From IMG/VR virus record IMGVR_UViG_3300042889_001272, positions 1-64,000 of that record: a DNA stretch of 64,000 nucleotides, one strand, 5' to 3'. Position 1 is the stretch's first letter. Every line of letters begins with the position of its first letter. Below the pieces are notes generated by a model. It was given only the letters and a program-made list of their open reading frames with translations. It was not told the DNA's origin and ran no database searches. Shown here in pieces: positions 1 to 8,442 of this stretch. The position numbers were made by a program, and so were the translations under genes.

Positions 1-220
1 CATCATTGGTTGACCCGACAGTCTGCTTGGTTAGCAGGGCGGACGCAACGAAGTAGCTTAACTAGCACGATGAAAAAGCCCTTTACGCCGAGAGTGTATT
101 CAACTATGGTCAGTATTGGTAGATCCCGACCCAACTAGGTTGCTAGTCACAATACATAGGGGAAGGGGAATCGCCAAGAAGTTGCAAGAGTAGGCTTGAC
201 CGCCAGAGGGTAGCGACGCC

Positions 221-344
221 ATATAAAAACACACTAGCATAGAGTGACGAGCCCGTTTAGCGGCGGGTGTTATGAGTTACTCGAATGTCAATACTTTGGT
301 GAGTAGCCGGCAAGGCGGTTCGATTCCGTAGTGTGTTTCTATAT
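221..344 (+). ncRNA. Candidate structured RNA with a tRNA-like T-arm
   Basis: Terminal helix atataaaaacacacta (221-236) / tagtgtgtttctatat (329-344). Internal hairpins, including gcgg-TTCGATT-ccgt stacked on the closing helix. Abuts the 5' end of the next tRNA. Confidence 0.55.
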
Positions 345-419
345 GGTAATGTAGGACAATGGTAGTCCACCTCCTTCATACGGAGACTGTTAGTGGTTCG
401 AGTCCACTCATTACCACCA
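345..419 (+). tRNA. tRNA-Met(CAT), elongator or Ile2
   Basis: Cloverleaf, acceptor ggtaatg/cattacc, anticodon loop ttCATac, TTCGA T-loop, encoded CCA. Confidence 0.85.
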
Positions 420-420
420 T

Positions 421-496
421 GGAGTTGTTAGTGTAAAGGTTAACACCACGGATTGTGATTCCGTTAATATGGGTTCGATTCCCATACATCTCCCCA
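421..496 (+). tRNA. tRNA-His(GTG)
   Basis: Anticodon loop ttGTGat, G-1/C73, CCA. Confidence 0.9.
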
Positions 497-505
497 ATCA
501 ACACC

Positions 506-581
506 GCCGCAGTAGCTCCAACGGTAGAGCAGAGGATTGAAAATTCTTGTGTTACTGGTTCGAGTCCAGTCTGTGGCACCA
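506..581 (+). tRNA. tRNA-Phe(GAA)
   Basis: gccgcag/ctgtggc acceptor, ttGAAaa loop, CCA. Confidence 0.92.
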
Positions 582-587
582 AAATTT

Positions 588-662
588 ACTCGATTCGTCT
601 ATCGGTTAGGACATCTGGTTTTCAACCAGGTAAGAGCGGTTCAACTCCGCTATCGAGTACCA
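588..662 (+). tRNA. tRNA-Glu(TTC)
   Basis: actcgat/atcgagt acceptor, ttTTCaa loop, CCA. Confidence 0.9.
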
Positions 663-666
663 TTAC

Positions 667-743
667 AGCCTCATAGCTCAGTTGGTTAGAGCACCGTCTT
701 GATAAGGCGGGGGTCCTGTGTTCGAGTCACAGTGAGGCTACCA
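667..743 (+). tRNA. tRNA-Ile(GAT)
   Basis: agcctca/tgaggct acceptor, ttGATaa loop, CCA. Confidence 0.92.
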
Positions 744-745
744 AA

Positions 746-927
746 TTTTCGGGATAGACGATGGGTTCGAGTCCCCGGTAATCTAGCATAGTCGGGGTTG
801 GCTATGTGACACCGCAGACGATTACCGGGTAGTATAAACTTGCCCATTCGAGACACTACTGAGTAGCACTCTTTAAGGACAAGACATTACCCAGTCGAGT
901 TTATAAAGACTCTCAGTGTCCCGAAAA
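746..927 (+). ncRNA. Candidate structured RNA (~180 nt)
   Basis: Closing helix ttttcgggata/tgtcccgaaaa. Internal helices cccggtaatc/gattaccggg and gcatagtc/ggctatgt, plus further complementarity tataaacttg/cgagtttata. GC-richer than flanks, no ORF. Confidence 0.6.
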
Positions 928-929
928 CC

Positions 930-1121
930 TTATAGATGATATTTTACACGAATAGATAATTGGCCACTAGGCGGTATAAACTCAGTGAGTTTGCCTTCAT
1001 CCTTTTCCTTGTTGATCATAGAAAAGATAGGACCAATGGAATATTCGCCAGTTGGATCAGTGTCTACTGTTATTTCTTTGTAAAAAAGATCATTGATAAA
1101 AATTTGTAAAGTTCTTTGCAT
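930..1121 (-). CDS. Small hypothetical protein
   Basis: 63-64 aa ORF inside the tRNA array, with TAAATA just upstream of the ATG on the minus strand. Confidence 0.6.
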   Translation of the reverse strand: MQRTLQIFINDLFYKEITVDTDPTGEYSIGPIFSMINKEKDEGKLTEFIPPSGQLSIRVKYHL

Positions 1122-1170
1122 CAAGTATTTAAAAACGTTATCGAATATTTGTATAGTACAAAAGTTTTAC

Positions 1171-1244
1171 TCCCGGATAGTGTAGTGGTAGCACAACAGA
1201 CTTTGACTCTGCTAGTGTAGGTTCGATTCCTACTCCGGGTGCCA
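1171..1244 (+). tRNA. tRNA-Gln(TTG)
   Basis: ctTTGac loop, unpaired 1-72, GCCA end. Confidence 0.88.
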
Positions 1245-1257
1245 ATAAATAAAGAAT

Positions 1258-1331
1258 GCGGGATTAGTTTAATGGTCAAACGAAACCTTGCCAAGGTTTA
1301 GTCAGGAGTTCGATTCTCCTATCCCGCTCCA
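1258..1331 (+). tRNA. tRNA-Gly(GCC)
   Basis: gcgggat/atcccgc acceptor, U73, ttGCCaa loop. Confidence 0.92.
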
Positions 1332-1338
1332 AATACAA

Positions 1339-1428
1339 GGAAGTGTGGCAGAGTCCGGTTTATTGCACCTGTCTTGAAAACAGACGGCCTGAAAGGGTCC
1401 GTGAGTTCGAATCTCACCGCTTCCGCCA
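1339..1428 (+). tRNA. tRNA-Ser(TGA)
   Basis: Long variable arm, ctTGAaa loop, G73, CCA. Confidence 0.92.
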
Positions 1429-1440
1429 ATAATAAAAAGA

Positions 1441-2391
1441 ATGTATAACCTTAAATACATGATGAAACAACCCATTAAAATTATTCCCAAAAAATCAGTT
1501 ATAAATGTATACTGGAAACTCACTGATTTTTGTAACTTTAAATGCAATTACTGTCCTAGTTTCTTGCACAGCGGAAAGTATGCCAATGGAAAATTACCCG
1601 GCTTTCCGATTTATTCTGACATTATAGTTTTTATGGACAAGCTAAAAGCATTATCGGCTTCCGGAACGCATTTAAATCTTCAGTTTGGCGGCGGCGAACC
1701 AACCCTACATCCTAATTTCCTTGACATCATAAAATATATGAGTGCAGAAAATGTGTATCTCGGTGTCACTACCAACGGATCTAGAAGTGATGAATGGTGG
1801 AGCGAAGCTTTGCCATTTTTAGATAATGTAACAATGTCTCTTCATCCAGAGTTCACAAAGATAGACAAAGTAAATGTTCTGGCAAAATCCATAGTAGAGT
1901 CTGACACTTCGATATTGTTTAATCTTAGTTGCGATCCTGACAGATGGGACACTGTATTAGAGTTATACGACAATATAGACGATTATTTGAAACCAATGGT
2001 AACTACAAAAGTTCTGAATTATTTAGAAACAACTAGAGAAAATTATTCTTATACAAATGAACAAACCGCATGGATTAAAAACCACATTGCGAATCCGTCA
2101 TCATCCCGTGGTTTTATTAACTCGGTGATATATTTCGACGACGGATCATCTGAAAATTTAGTCCTGAGTAAAATTACTATCAATAATTGGAATGAGTTTG
2201 AAGGTTGGAAATGTAAAGTAGCTAGTCAAAGTTTAGTGATTGATTTTAACGGAAAAGTCAATGCCGGAATATGTAATGCTAAATCTTTGGGTCACATAAC
2301 TGATTTTAATTTAGATACTAACTATCTAGCCTGTCCATTTAAATATTGTACCTGCCCAACTGATATCAGGTCTGAAAAATATAAAATTTAA
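1441..2391 (+). CDS. Radical SAM protein with C-terminal Cys-rich (twitch/SPASM-like) tail
   Basis: CNFKCNYC (CxxxCxxC), GGGEPTLHP, TTNGS, and C-terminal C...C...CPFKYCTC. Confidence 0.9.
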   Translation: MYNLKYMMKQPIKIIPKKSVINVYWKLTDFCNFKCNYCPSFLHSGKYANGKLPGFPIYSDIIVFMDKLKALSASGTHLNLQFGGGEPTLHPNFLDIIKYMSAENVYLGVTTNGSRSDEWWSEALPFLDNVTMSLHPEFTKIDKVNVLAKSIVESDTSILFNLSCDPDRWDTVLELYDNIDDYLKPMVTTKVLNYLETTRENYSYTNEQTAWIKNHIANPSSSRGFINSVIYFDDGSSENLVLSKITINNWNEFEGWKCKVASQSLVIDFNGKVNAGICNAKSLGHITDFNLDTNYLACPFKYCTCPTDIRSEKYKI

Positions 2392-2395
2392 CCCG

Positions 2396-2472
2396 CGGTC
2401 CTTAACTCAATTGGATAGAGTGCCAGTCTTCGAAACTGGAAGTTGGGAGTTCGAATCTCTCAGGACCGGCCA
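2396..2472 (+). tRNA. tRNA-Arg(TCG)
   Basis: cggtcct/aggaccg acceptor, ctTCGaa loop, GCCA. Confidence 0.9.
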
Positions 2473-2475
2473 TTA

Positions 2476-3021
2476 TTAAATAGTTTCTTCCCAAGGTCCA
2501 GGAAACAATCTTATTAAGATCATGATCCTAGTCTGATCACCATTATTGACAACTCTGTGCGGAGTTTTTACTCCCAATATGTATGGCTCATATGTTTCAG
2601 CTTCATATATTAGTTCACACTGGTCTTCGGTGTATCTAAAATATTGATGAGTCTTACCCTTATTGTTTACTTTGGCAATGGTATAATCAGAGTTTACTTT
2701 AAAAAAATTAATCCAAGTATTTTCACAGCCGATTATTGGTATATTTAAACTATGTTTAAAAGGACCACTGTCCATGTGATAAGTGCCGGCGTCTTTTCCA
2801 ACGGTTACGTTGACAGCAATCGAACCCACTGAATCGAACATTTTTTTACTTTTTAAAAAATCGCGTAGTGCGGCAACTTTGAGAAATATTTCTCTATTAT
2901 TTTCTATATAAGTTAATGTTGTTTTATCAAGTAAATATTCAGGTATTAATTTTAATACTTCTTGTTGTATCTCGTTGAGATTTTCAATGTGTACGGGTTT
3001 ATAAAAATCAGCAGTGTTCAT
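2476..3021 (-). CDS. Fe(II)/2OG-dioxygenase-like (AspH-type DSBH) protein
   Basis: YHMD...LNIP...PHRV...R motif pattern. Confidence 0.7.
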   Translation of the reverse strand: MNTADFYKPVHIENLNEIQQEVLKLIPEYLLDKTTLTYIENNREIFLKVAALRDFLKSKKMFDSVGSIAVNVTVGKDAGTYHMDSGPFKHSLNIPIIGCENTWINFFKVNSDYTIAKVNNKGKTHQYFRYTEDQCELIYEAETYEPYILGVKTPHRVVNNGDQTRIMILIRLFPGPWEETI

Positions 3022-3027
3022 AAAAAG

Positions 3028-3045
3028 TATTTATACCTATAAATA
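3028..3045. promoter_or_regulatory. Back-to-back T4-late-like promoters (TATAAATA on both strands)
   Basis: tatttata 3028-3035 lies 6 nt before the minus-strand ATG; tataaata 3038-3045 lies 5 nt before the plus-strand ATG. Confidence 0.65.
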
Positions 3046-3050
3046 TAATT

Positions 3051-3590
3051 ATGCAATTTATCAAACTTAATAAAAAATTTGATGTTAGTAGTTTTACAGA
3101 AACATCACTGATCAACGAATATGCCATCAATGGCAAGGGCATTGGATTCTATAACATCGACAATTACAATAAAGAATTGATGCTTTCAGTTATACCAGAG
3201 AGATTTAGAAAAGATTTCTTTGCAAGAGAAATGAAAATAAATTATAACATTCCTCCTCATACAGATAGCTACGTGTATGCTACTATAAATTTTTATGTCA
3301 AAGCCGTTGATTGCCAAACAAATTTCTTTAAGAAAGTAGATGCTAGCCTTGGAGTTAAAATGACCACTCAGACTACTGGCAGGACATTTAAAGAAGAAAA
3401 TTTAGAACACGCTGGAAGTTTTGTAGCAGAATCTGGAGATGCTTGGTTATTGGATGTGTCTAGCCCACACAGCGTTAAGAATCTAAAATCTAGTACTGTT
3501 GACAGAGTTGCTCTGGTATTACAATCAAGTAACTATACCTTTGATCAAGTACACAGTATGTTACAAGAAACTGGTTACGTCGACGATTAG
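3051..3590 (+). CDS. Fe(II)/2OG-dioxygenase-like protein
   Basis: PHTD...INFY...PHSV...R. Confidence 0.7.
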   Translation: MQFIKLNKKFDVSSFTETSLINEYAINGKGIGFYNIDNYNKELMLSVIPERFRKDFFAREMKINYNIPPHTDSYVYATINFYVKAVDCQTNFFKKVDASLGVKMTTQTTGRTFKEENLEHAGSFVAESGDAWLLDVSSPHSVKNLKSSTVDRVALVLQSSNYTFDQVHSMLQETGYVDD

Positions 3591-4138
3591 ATTATAAATT
3601 CCTGCAATCTAAGTTTCGCTTCTGCCATAGTAAGTCTTTTTTTTGTTATTAAATCAACCAATACCACAGTAATGCATAAACGATCTTCTTTTGTAGTAGT
3701 TACATTATGCGGACATCCTGCTTGCACTAAACTAGGATAACTCAATGGGCTACTTTCCGCCAAGTCGACCATATCTGATCTCCATGGTATATATTCGGTA
3801 TTGATCGGTGTTTTTTCTACTACGGCGGGCGCGGAAGATGTTTCTTTTACTTTATACCAATGCATTAGACTGCCGTGGCCGCCGTATATAAAGTTTATTT
3901 TAACGTAATCACCGCCCATGCAGTCTGTGTGGATTCCTTGTTTACTTAGGTTGGCATACGGACGAGAATAAAATGATTCCATGTACCAAATTTGTATGCC
4001 AAGATTTTTTAAAAAATTAATAAAATCAGGATTTATATTTTCATGATCAATGGGAGTTTGATATTTCTTTTTCAACTCGAGATGATCTATGATCGCTGGA
4101 TTAATATTTAAATTTAAATATACGTAATAATCGGACAT
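3587..4138 (-). CDS. Fe(II)/2OG-dioxygenase-like protein
   Basis: IHTD...KINF...PHNV...R; close paralogue of 32813-33346. Confidence 0.7.
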   Translation of the reverse strand: MSDYYVYLNLNINPAIIDHLELKKKYQTPIDHENINPDFINFLKNLGIQIWYMESFYSRPYANLSKQGIHTDCMGGDYVKINFIYGGHGSLMHWYKVKETSSAPAVVEKTPINTEYIPWRSDMVDLAESSPLSYPSLVQAGCPHNVTTTKEDRLCITVVLVDLITKKRLTMAEAKLRLQEFII

Positions 4139-4157
4139 AACTATATTTAGTCACTAA

Positions 4158-4186
4158 TTGACACAAACACCAAGATGTAGTATAAT
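4158..4186 (+). promoter_or_regulatory. Sigma70-type (early) promoter
   Basis: TTGACA-17-TATAAT, followed by the SD aaggag and ATG at 4205. Confidence 0.8.
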
Positions 4187-4204
4187 ATAACAAAGGAGAA
4201 AGTT

Positions 4205-4672
4205 ATGCCATGGATTGAAAACGTAGCCGCAGATGATATCCCAAAGAGATTTCATCACGAGCCTGGTGAGAACAGTATGCTGATCAGTATTGTCGATCCA
4301 GCAAGCTGGAGACCTTCACCTGCTCACAAGTTTAAAGAACAGCATAACTTTGAGTTCCTTGATATTGAAAAAAATGACTTTGCATTAGATGAAGCCATGC
4401 GTTGCAGTCAAGACCAGGCCAATGAACTTGTTCATTTGTTGCAACATGCCTTGGCCAATCGCATGAACGTTGTTGTTCATTGCTATGCAGGTATCTGCCG
4501 CAGTGGTGCAGTATGTGAAGTCGGAGTCATGATGGGCTTTGACGACACAAGACGATTCCGTAGTCCTAACTTGCTGGTCAAGCATCGCATGATGAAAGCC
4601 TTGGGTTGGACATATGATGAAGATGAGAAGCCAAACGTTGATGACTGGAGAACTTTTAAAAATGATGTATAA
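4205..4672 (+). CDS. Cys-based (tyrosine/dual-specificity-like) phosphatase
   Basis: VVVHCYAGICRS = HCx5R(S) P-loop. Confidence 0.8.
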   Translation: MPWIENVAADDIPKRFHHEPGENSMLISIVDPASWRPSPAHKFKEQHNFEFLDIEKNDFALDEAMRCSQDQANELVHLLQHALANRMNVVVHCYAGICRSGAVCEVGVMMGFDDTRRFRSPNLLVKHRMMKALGWTYDEDEKPNVDDWRTFKNDV

Positions 4673-4862
4673 AGTGATAAGCAAAAATAATTTAACTTTG
4701 AATGAATATCCTACACTGGATCAAGCATTGTTATTTGCCAGTACAGTCGGTGTGTTTGTGACTATTGCAGGTCCAGACTTCGAAGCTTGTGGTATTTTTG
4801 GAGTCGATGAAGTAAAAGATCCCGACTACAATGGATGGATATCAAGAAAAAAAGGAAGATAA
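4662..4862 (+). CDS. Small hypothetical protein
   Basis: Fills the operon gap and overlaps the upstream stop. Confidence 0.55.
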   Translation: MMYKVISKNNLTLNEYPTLDQALLFASTVGVFVTIAGPDFEACGIFGVDEVKDPDYNGWISRKKGR

Positions 4863-4863
4863 A

Positions 4864-5331
4864 ATGCCAATAGCATATATTTTAATAGGAGTACCCGGTA
4901 GTGGAAAATCCACTTGGGTCGACGAAGCCGAATTTGCCACAGACACTGCACATATTTCATCAGATTATTTCATTGAAGAATATGCCGATTTGCACAGTAC
5001 AACATATACATTAGTTTTTAAAGATTATGCGGCCACAGCAAATAAACTAATGTTCGATGAAGCATTGGAAGCAATTCGTCAAGGAATGGATATTGTATGG
5101 GATCAAACAAATACTACAATATCTACCCGCAGAAAAAAACTTGCCATGCTAAAAGACTATCACAAGATTGCAGTAGTGTTTAAAACACCTAAACCAGAAG
5201 TATTGCAACACCGTCTTGAGAGTCGAGGTCATTGGAAAGAAATTCCCAAGGATGTAGTGGAAAGTATGATTACACAATTTCAAGAACCAACTAAAAGCGA
5301 AGGCTTTGATGATATTTGGTTTGAAAATTAA
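4864..5331 (+). CDS. P-loop kinase (AAA_33 / polynucleotide-kinase-like)
   Basis: GVPGSGKST Walker A, ISSD, DQTN...RR, and the R..R lid. Confidence 0.8.
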   Translation: MPIAYILIGVPGSGKSTWVDEAEFATDTAHISSDYFIEEYADLHSTTYTLVFKDYAATANKLMFDEALEAIRQGMDIVWDQTNTTISTRRKKLAMLKDYHKIAVVFKTPKPEVLQHRLESRGHWKEIPKDVVESMITQFQEPTKSEGFDDIWFEN

Positions 5332-5345
5332 ACTAGGAGAATGAT

Positions 5346-5948
5346 ATGCCCTCAGTATTTTTAACCAGCGACACGCACTTTGGACACACAGGTGTATGCC
5401 GTTTTACCCGTAACGACGGAGTTACAAAACTTCGACCATGGGACTCAGCAGAGGAAATGGACGAGGAAATGATTCGTCGTTGGAATGATACAGTTAGACC
5501 CAACGATAAAGTTTATCACTTGGGCGATGTTGTTATCAACCGTAAATCATTGAAAACTCTTGCTCGTCTAAACGGCGACAAAGTATTAATCCGCGGCAAC
5601 CACGACATCTTTCGAGATGACGAGTATCGAGAATACTTTCGAGAACTACGTGCTTACCATGTTATGAACGGGATGATCCTTAGCCATATTCCCGTACACA
5701 GTGACAGCTTGGGTCGTTTTGGCACTAACATTCACGGACACACCCACGCAAATCGTGTACGTAAGGCCCGTGGAGTCGATGCACGTACCGGAGAAATCTT
5801 ATACAGTGACGAACCGGATGTACGCTATCATTGTGTTTGTGTAGAGCAAACTGACTTTGCTCCTATTTTATTTGAAGATGTTATCAAACGTATTGAAGCA
5901 GAAGGCGGAAGTGTGGGATTTAAAAACGGAAATGGTTCTATAATGTGA
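5346..5948 (+). CDS. Calcineurin-like metallophosphoesterase
   Basis: SDTHFGH, HLGD, GNHD, H, HGHTH motifs. Confidence 0.9.
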   Translation: MPSVFLTSDTHFGHTGVCRFTRNDGVTKLRPWDSAEEMDEEMIRRWNDTVRPNDKVYHLGDVVINRKSLKTLARLNGDKVLIRGNHDIFRDDEYREYFRELRAYHVMNGMILSHIPVHSDSLGRFGTNIHGHTHANRVRKARGVDARTGEILYSDEPDVRYHCVCVEQTDFAPILFEDVIKRIEAEGGSVGFKNGNGSIM

Positions 5949-7110
5949 TTGTAGTATTGCTAAAATCAGATATAGCACCAATCTTGTACACTAATCTAAA
6001 AACTTTAAATCCAGTGCGAGGACCATTTAAATAAATAGGATCTATTTCTTTTATAAAATTTCTAAAGTCACTTACAATAAGATCAAAAGTTCTAGTGTTA
6101 TTGTGCATTTTGTAAAACCAATCATCGTGTTCGCCTAAAAACATGCGTGTGGGCTTATGTCCTTGGAATACTTTTCGGTGAGTCTGAGGATATATGCATG
6201 GTATAATAGCTCTTTCATAGAAACTATGCCTGGTTCTAGATTGTTCCAAAGACTGTATTGGCAATCTAAAATCAAGCATCTTTTCTTTAGCAAAACGGTT
6301 CTCTGGCATGTCTATCCATTTGGCTAATACATGCGCTTGCTTCACTTGCATTTCTGGCATTTCTGGGGCAAAATAAAATAATACATTTTCTACATTTGGA
6401 TACTTGTCCTTGAATGGAGGGCGTTGCACATTTACTGTAAGATCAGACATCATCACATTGACAGTATTATCTGTATCGTAGAACAGATGCGGCTTATCAA
6501 TGCCATACACTATAGCAATCTTCTTACCTTGTTCAGCTAACTGTTTGATATGCAACTGTTTGTCTAAATCATATCTTGCTCCGCTACTAGGATGTATCCA
6601 TTCGCCGCATCTAAAAATCCAGTCATCTGTTTCATAATTTAGTAATGTTTCAAAATAGTCGTTGATGGTGATTTTTACATCAGGATGCTTGCTGTGAATT
6701 TCGTGCATCAATGGCATCTGTGCCAGCATTGTTTCACTCATTGTATTACCAGCACTGGTATCTTTGTTGGTTTCAGTCCACTGTGATAAGCCACTGATAG
6801 GAGCACTGGCTACTACTTCATCAACTAATATACCGTTGTTCAAAAAGCTCCATATCACATTGGTGCTATCACCACCACCACTGCACAGGATCACTACATA
6901 ATCATATTGATCCCTGATCTGCTGTGCTCTAAGTTTGTAATACTGATCGAGACTGAGTTCCGGTTCAGTAGTCCAATCAGTGCGGCTATATATCTCATCA
7001 TTAAAATGCCATTCTATTTCTTCTTTAGTTAGACTCGCGTCAAGCACGGCAGCTAATTTATCAGAAAATACTTTATTTCCTACGGTGTAATATCCGGTGT
7101 TTGTTTTCAT
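5938..7110 (-). CDS. N-type ATP pyrophosphatase (Asn-synthetase-like) protein
   Basis: SGGGDS PP-loop after a beta-strand; no glutaminase domain. Confidence 0.65.
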   Translation of the reverse strand: MKTNTGYYTVGNKVFSDKLAAVLDASLTKEEIEWHFNDEIYSRTDWTTEPELSLDQYYKLRAQQIRDQYDYVVILCSGGGDSTNVIWSFLNNGILVDEVVASAPISGLSQWTETNKDTSAGNTMSETMLAQMPLMHEIHSKHPDVKITINDYFETLLNYETDDWIFRCGEWIHPSSGARYDLDKQLHIKQLAEQGKKIAIVYGIDKPHLFYDTDNTVNVMMSDLTVNVQRPPFKDKYPNVENVLFYFAPEMPEMQVKQAHVLAKWIDMPENRFAKEKMLDFRLPIQSLEQSRTRHSFYERAIIPCIYPQTHRKVFQGHKPTRMFLGEHDDWFYKMHNNTRTFDLIVSDFRNFIKEIDPIYLNGPRTGFKVFRLVYKIGAISDFSNTTITL

Positions 7111-8378
7111 TCTAAGTAACCTATGTCTTTTCGGTAAGTAAAGTTGTACATTTCAATATTTTCTAAAAACTTGTAAATTCTATCACTTGCTTCCATTCTT
7201 GTTGGTGCAGAACTAGTTATGACACTATTTAAAAGTTTCCTATCTTTATTAAAACTTATATGTATGTCAGGCAATTCCGGCCATAATTGAGGATTGTGGT
7301 GCGGCTCCAACTCTGCAGATCCGTACATGGCCTGAATATTTACGATATTATGATAATCAGAGTTTACGATTCGTAGACATACGGCTTGCTGATCATTATT
7401 TGACACTGGATCTATTTTTGCGCCAGTTGCGGCTTGGTATAACATATTTGAAATACTACACTTGCTGTCAAATGTCATGGCAATTGATTGAAATTCAGGG
7501 TCGCCTGGTCGGACGTTAATTTCAATCACATATACTTTGCCTTCCAAATCCTCCATAATGCCCAGATACAGAATCCCCACATAAGGAGTACCTTGTGATT
7601 TTAAGTAATTTAAAATAGTATCCGCATACTGATGCACTATGGGGTTAATATTAACTGGGGAATAACAACCCATGCTTGCAGTGTTGCTACCTGTGTCGCC
7701 TTCTCCGAACTTTTTATAATCTCTTGCAGAACCGAGATACTCCCAAGAATTCTCATTGCACAGTATGTGATAGGAATACTCACGTTTCCCGGTTATGAAT
7801 TCTTCTACTAGAAAATGCTGATCCAAGAACTGGCCGAACCCTTTCATATACCTGTTCTGCCCAAAAGATTGCAAATTTTCAAATTCTTTATTCACGTTAT
7901 CGTCGGTTATGATGACAGTCTGTAATCCTGCACGCCAGTCTCTTTCAAATTTTAATACCCATGGTCTGGGTATATTAAAAAATACTTCGAACAGTTTACT
8001 TTTATTATATACTCTGGATTTTGCAGTTGGAATATTCAGCTTTTGAAGTAAAGTCTTGCCATGAGCTTTACTCCATTCTAAGAATGATAAATCATAGCTC
8101 GGAGAGCAAGAAGGAATATTTTTTTCTTTTAGGAAATTCTGAAGACGTTGATTTTGTAGATAATTTATAGTAGTCAACCACACCAAATCCACTGGTGTAG
8201 TAGTCAGAAGGTCTATGATTTCGTCCACTGATTTTAGATCCAATGTGGAGTATCTTAATGAAGGTTGTATTGCAGGATTCGCTGTAATATGATAGATATG
8301 TTCTACTTCGTTTTCTTCTAATAATTTTTTAGAAAAAAAGTGTACCCCTGCGTGTGATCCAAATATTGCAATTTTCAT
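7107..8378 (-). CDS. PurD-like ATP-grasp ligase (diverged)
   Basis: LEWSK, EEFITGKREYS, RDYKKFGEGDTGSNTASMGCYSP, GILYLG, EINVRPGDPEFQ and YRKDIG match GAR synthetase motifs. Confidence 0.8.
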   Translation of the reverse strand: MKIAIFGSHAGVHFFSKKLLEENEVEHIYHITANPAIQPSLRYSTLDLKSVDEIIDLLTTTPVDLVWLTTINYLQNQRLQNFLKEKNIPSCSPSYDLSFLEWSKAHGKTLLQKLNIPTAKSRVYNKSKLFEVFFNIPRPWVLKFERDWRAGLQTVIITDDNVNKEFENLQSFGQNRYMKGFGQFLDQHFLVEEFITGKREYSYHILCNENSWEYLGSARDYKKFGEGDTGSNTASMGCYSPVNINPIVHQYADTILNYLKSQGTPYVGILYLGIMEDLEGKVYVIEINVRPGDPEFQSIAMTFDSKCSISNMLYQAATGAKIDPVSNNDQQAVCLRIVNSDYHNIVNIQAMYGSAELEPHHNPQLWPELPDIHISFNKDRKLLNSVITSSAPTRMEASDRIYKFLENIEMYNFTYRKDIGYLE

Positions 8379-8384
8379 AATGTT

Positions 8385-8416
8385 TATAAACGTGTTGGCC
8401 GGCCAACACGTTTATA
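8385..8416. repeat. Perfect 32-bp palindrome (hairpin/terminator-like)
   Basis: tataaacgtgttggcc|ggccaacacgtttata, with no spacer. Confidence 0.85.
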
Positions 8417-8442
8417 CAAGGCCCGGGTTTTTAAATAAGATA

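Noticed and set aside
376-1547. ORFs 376-582, 455-676 and 1302-1547
   Set aside because: They are read-throughs of tRNA genes on either strand (typical GLEP/GIEP antisense-tRNA peptides).
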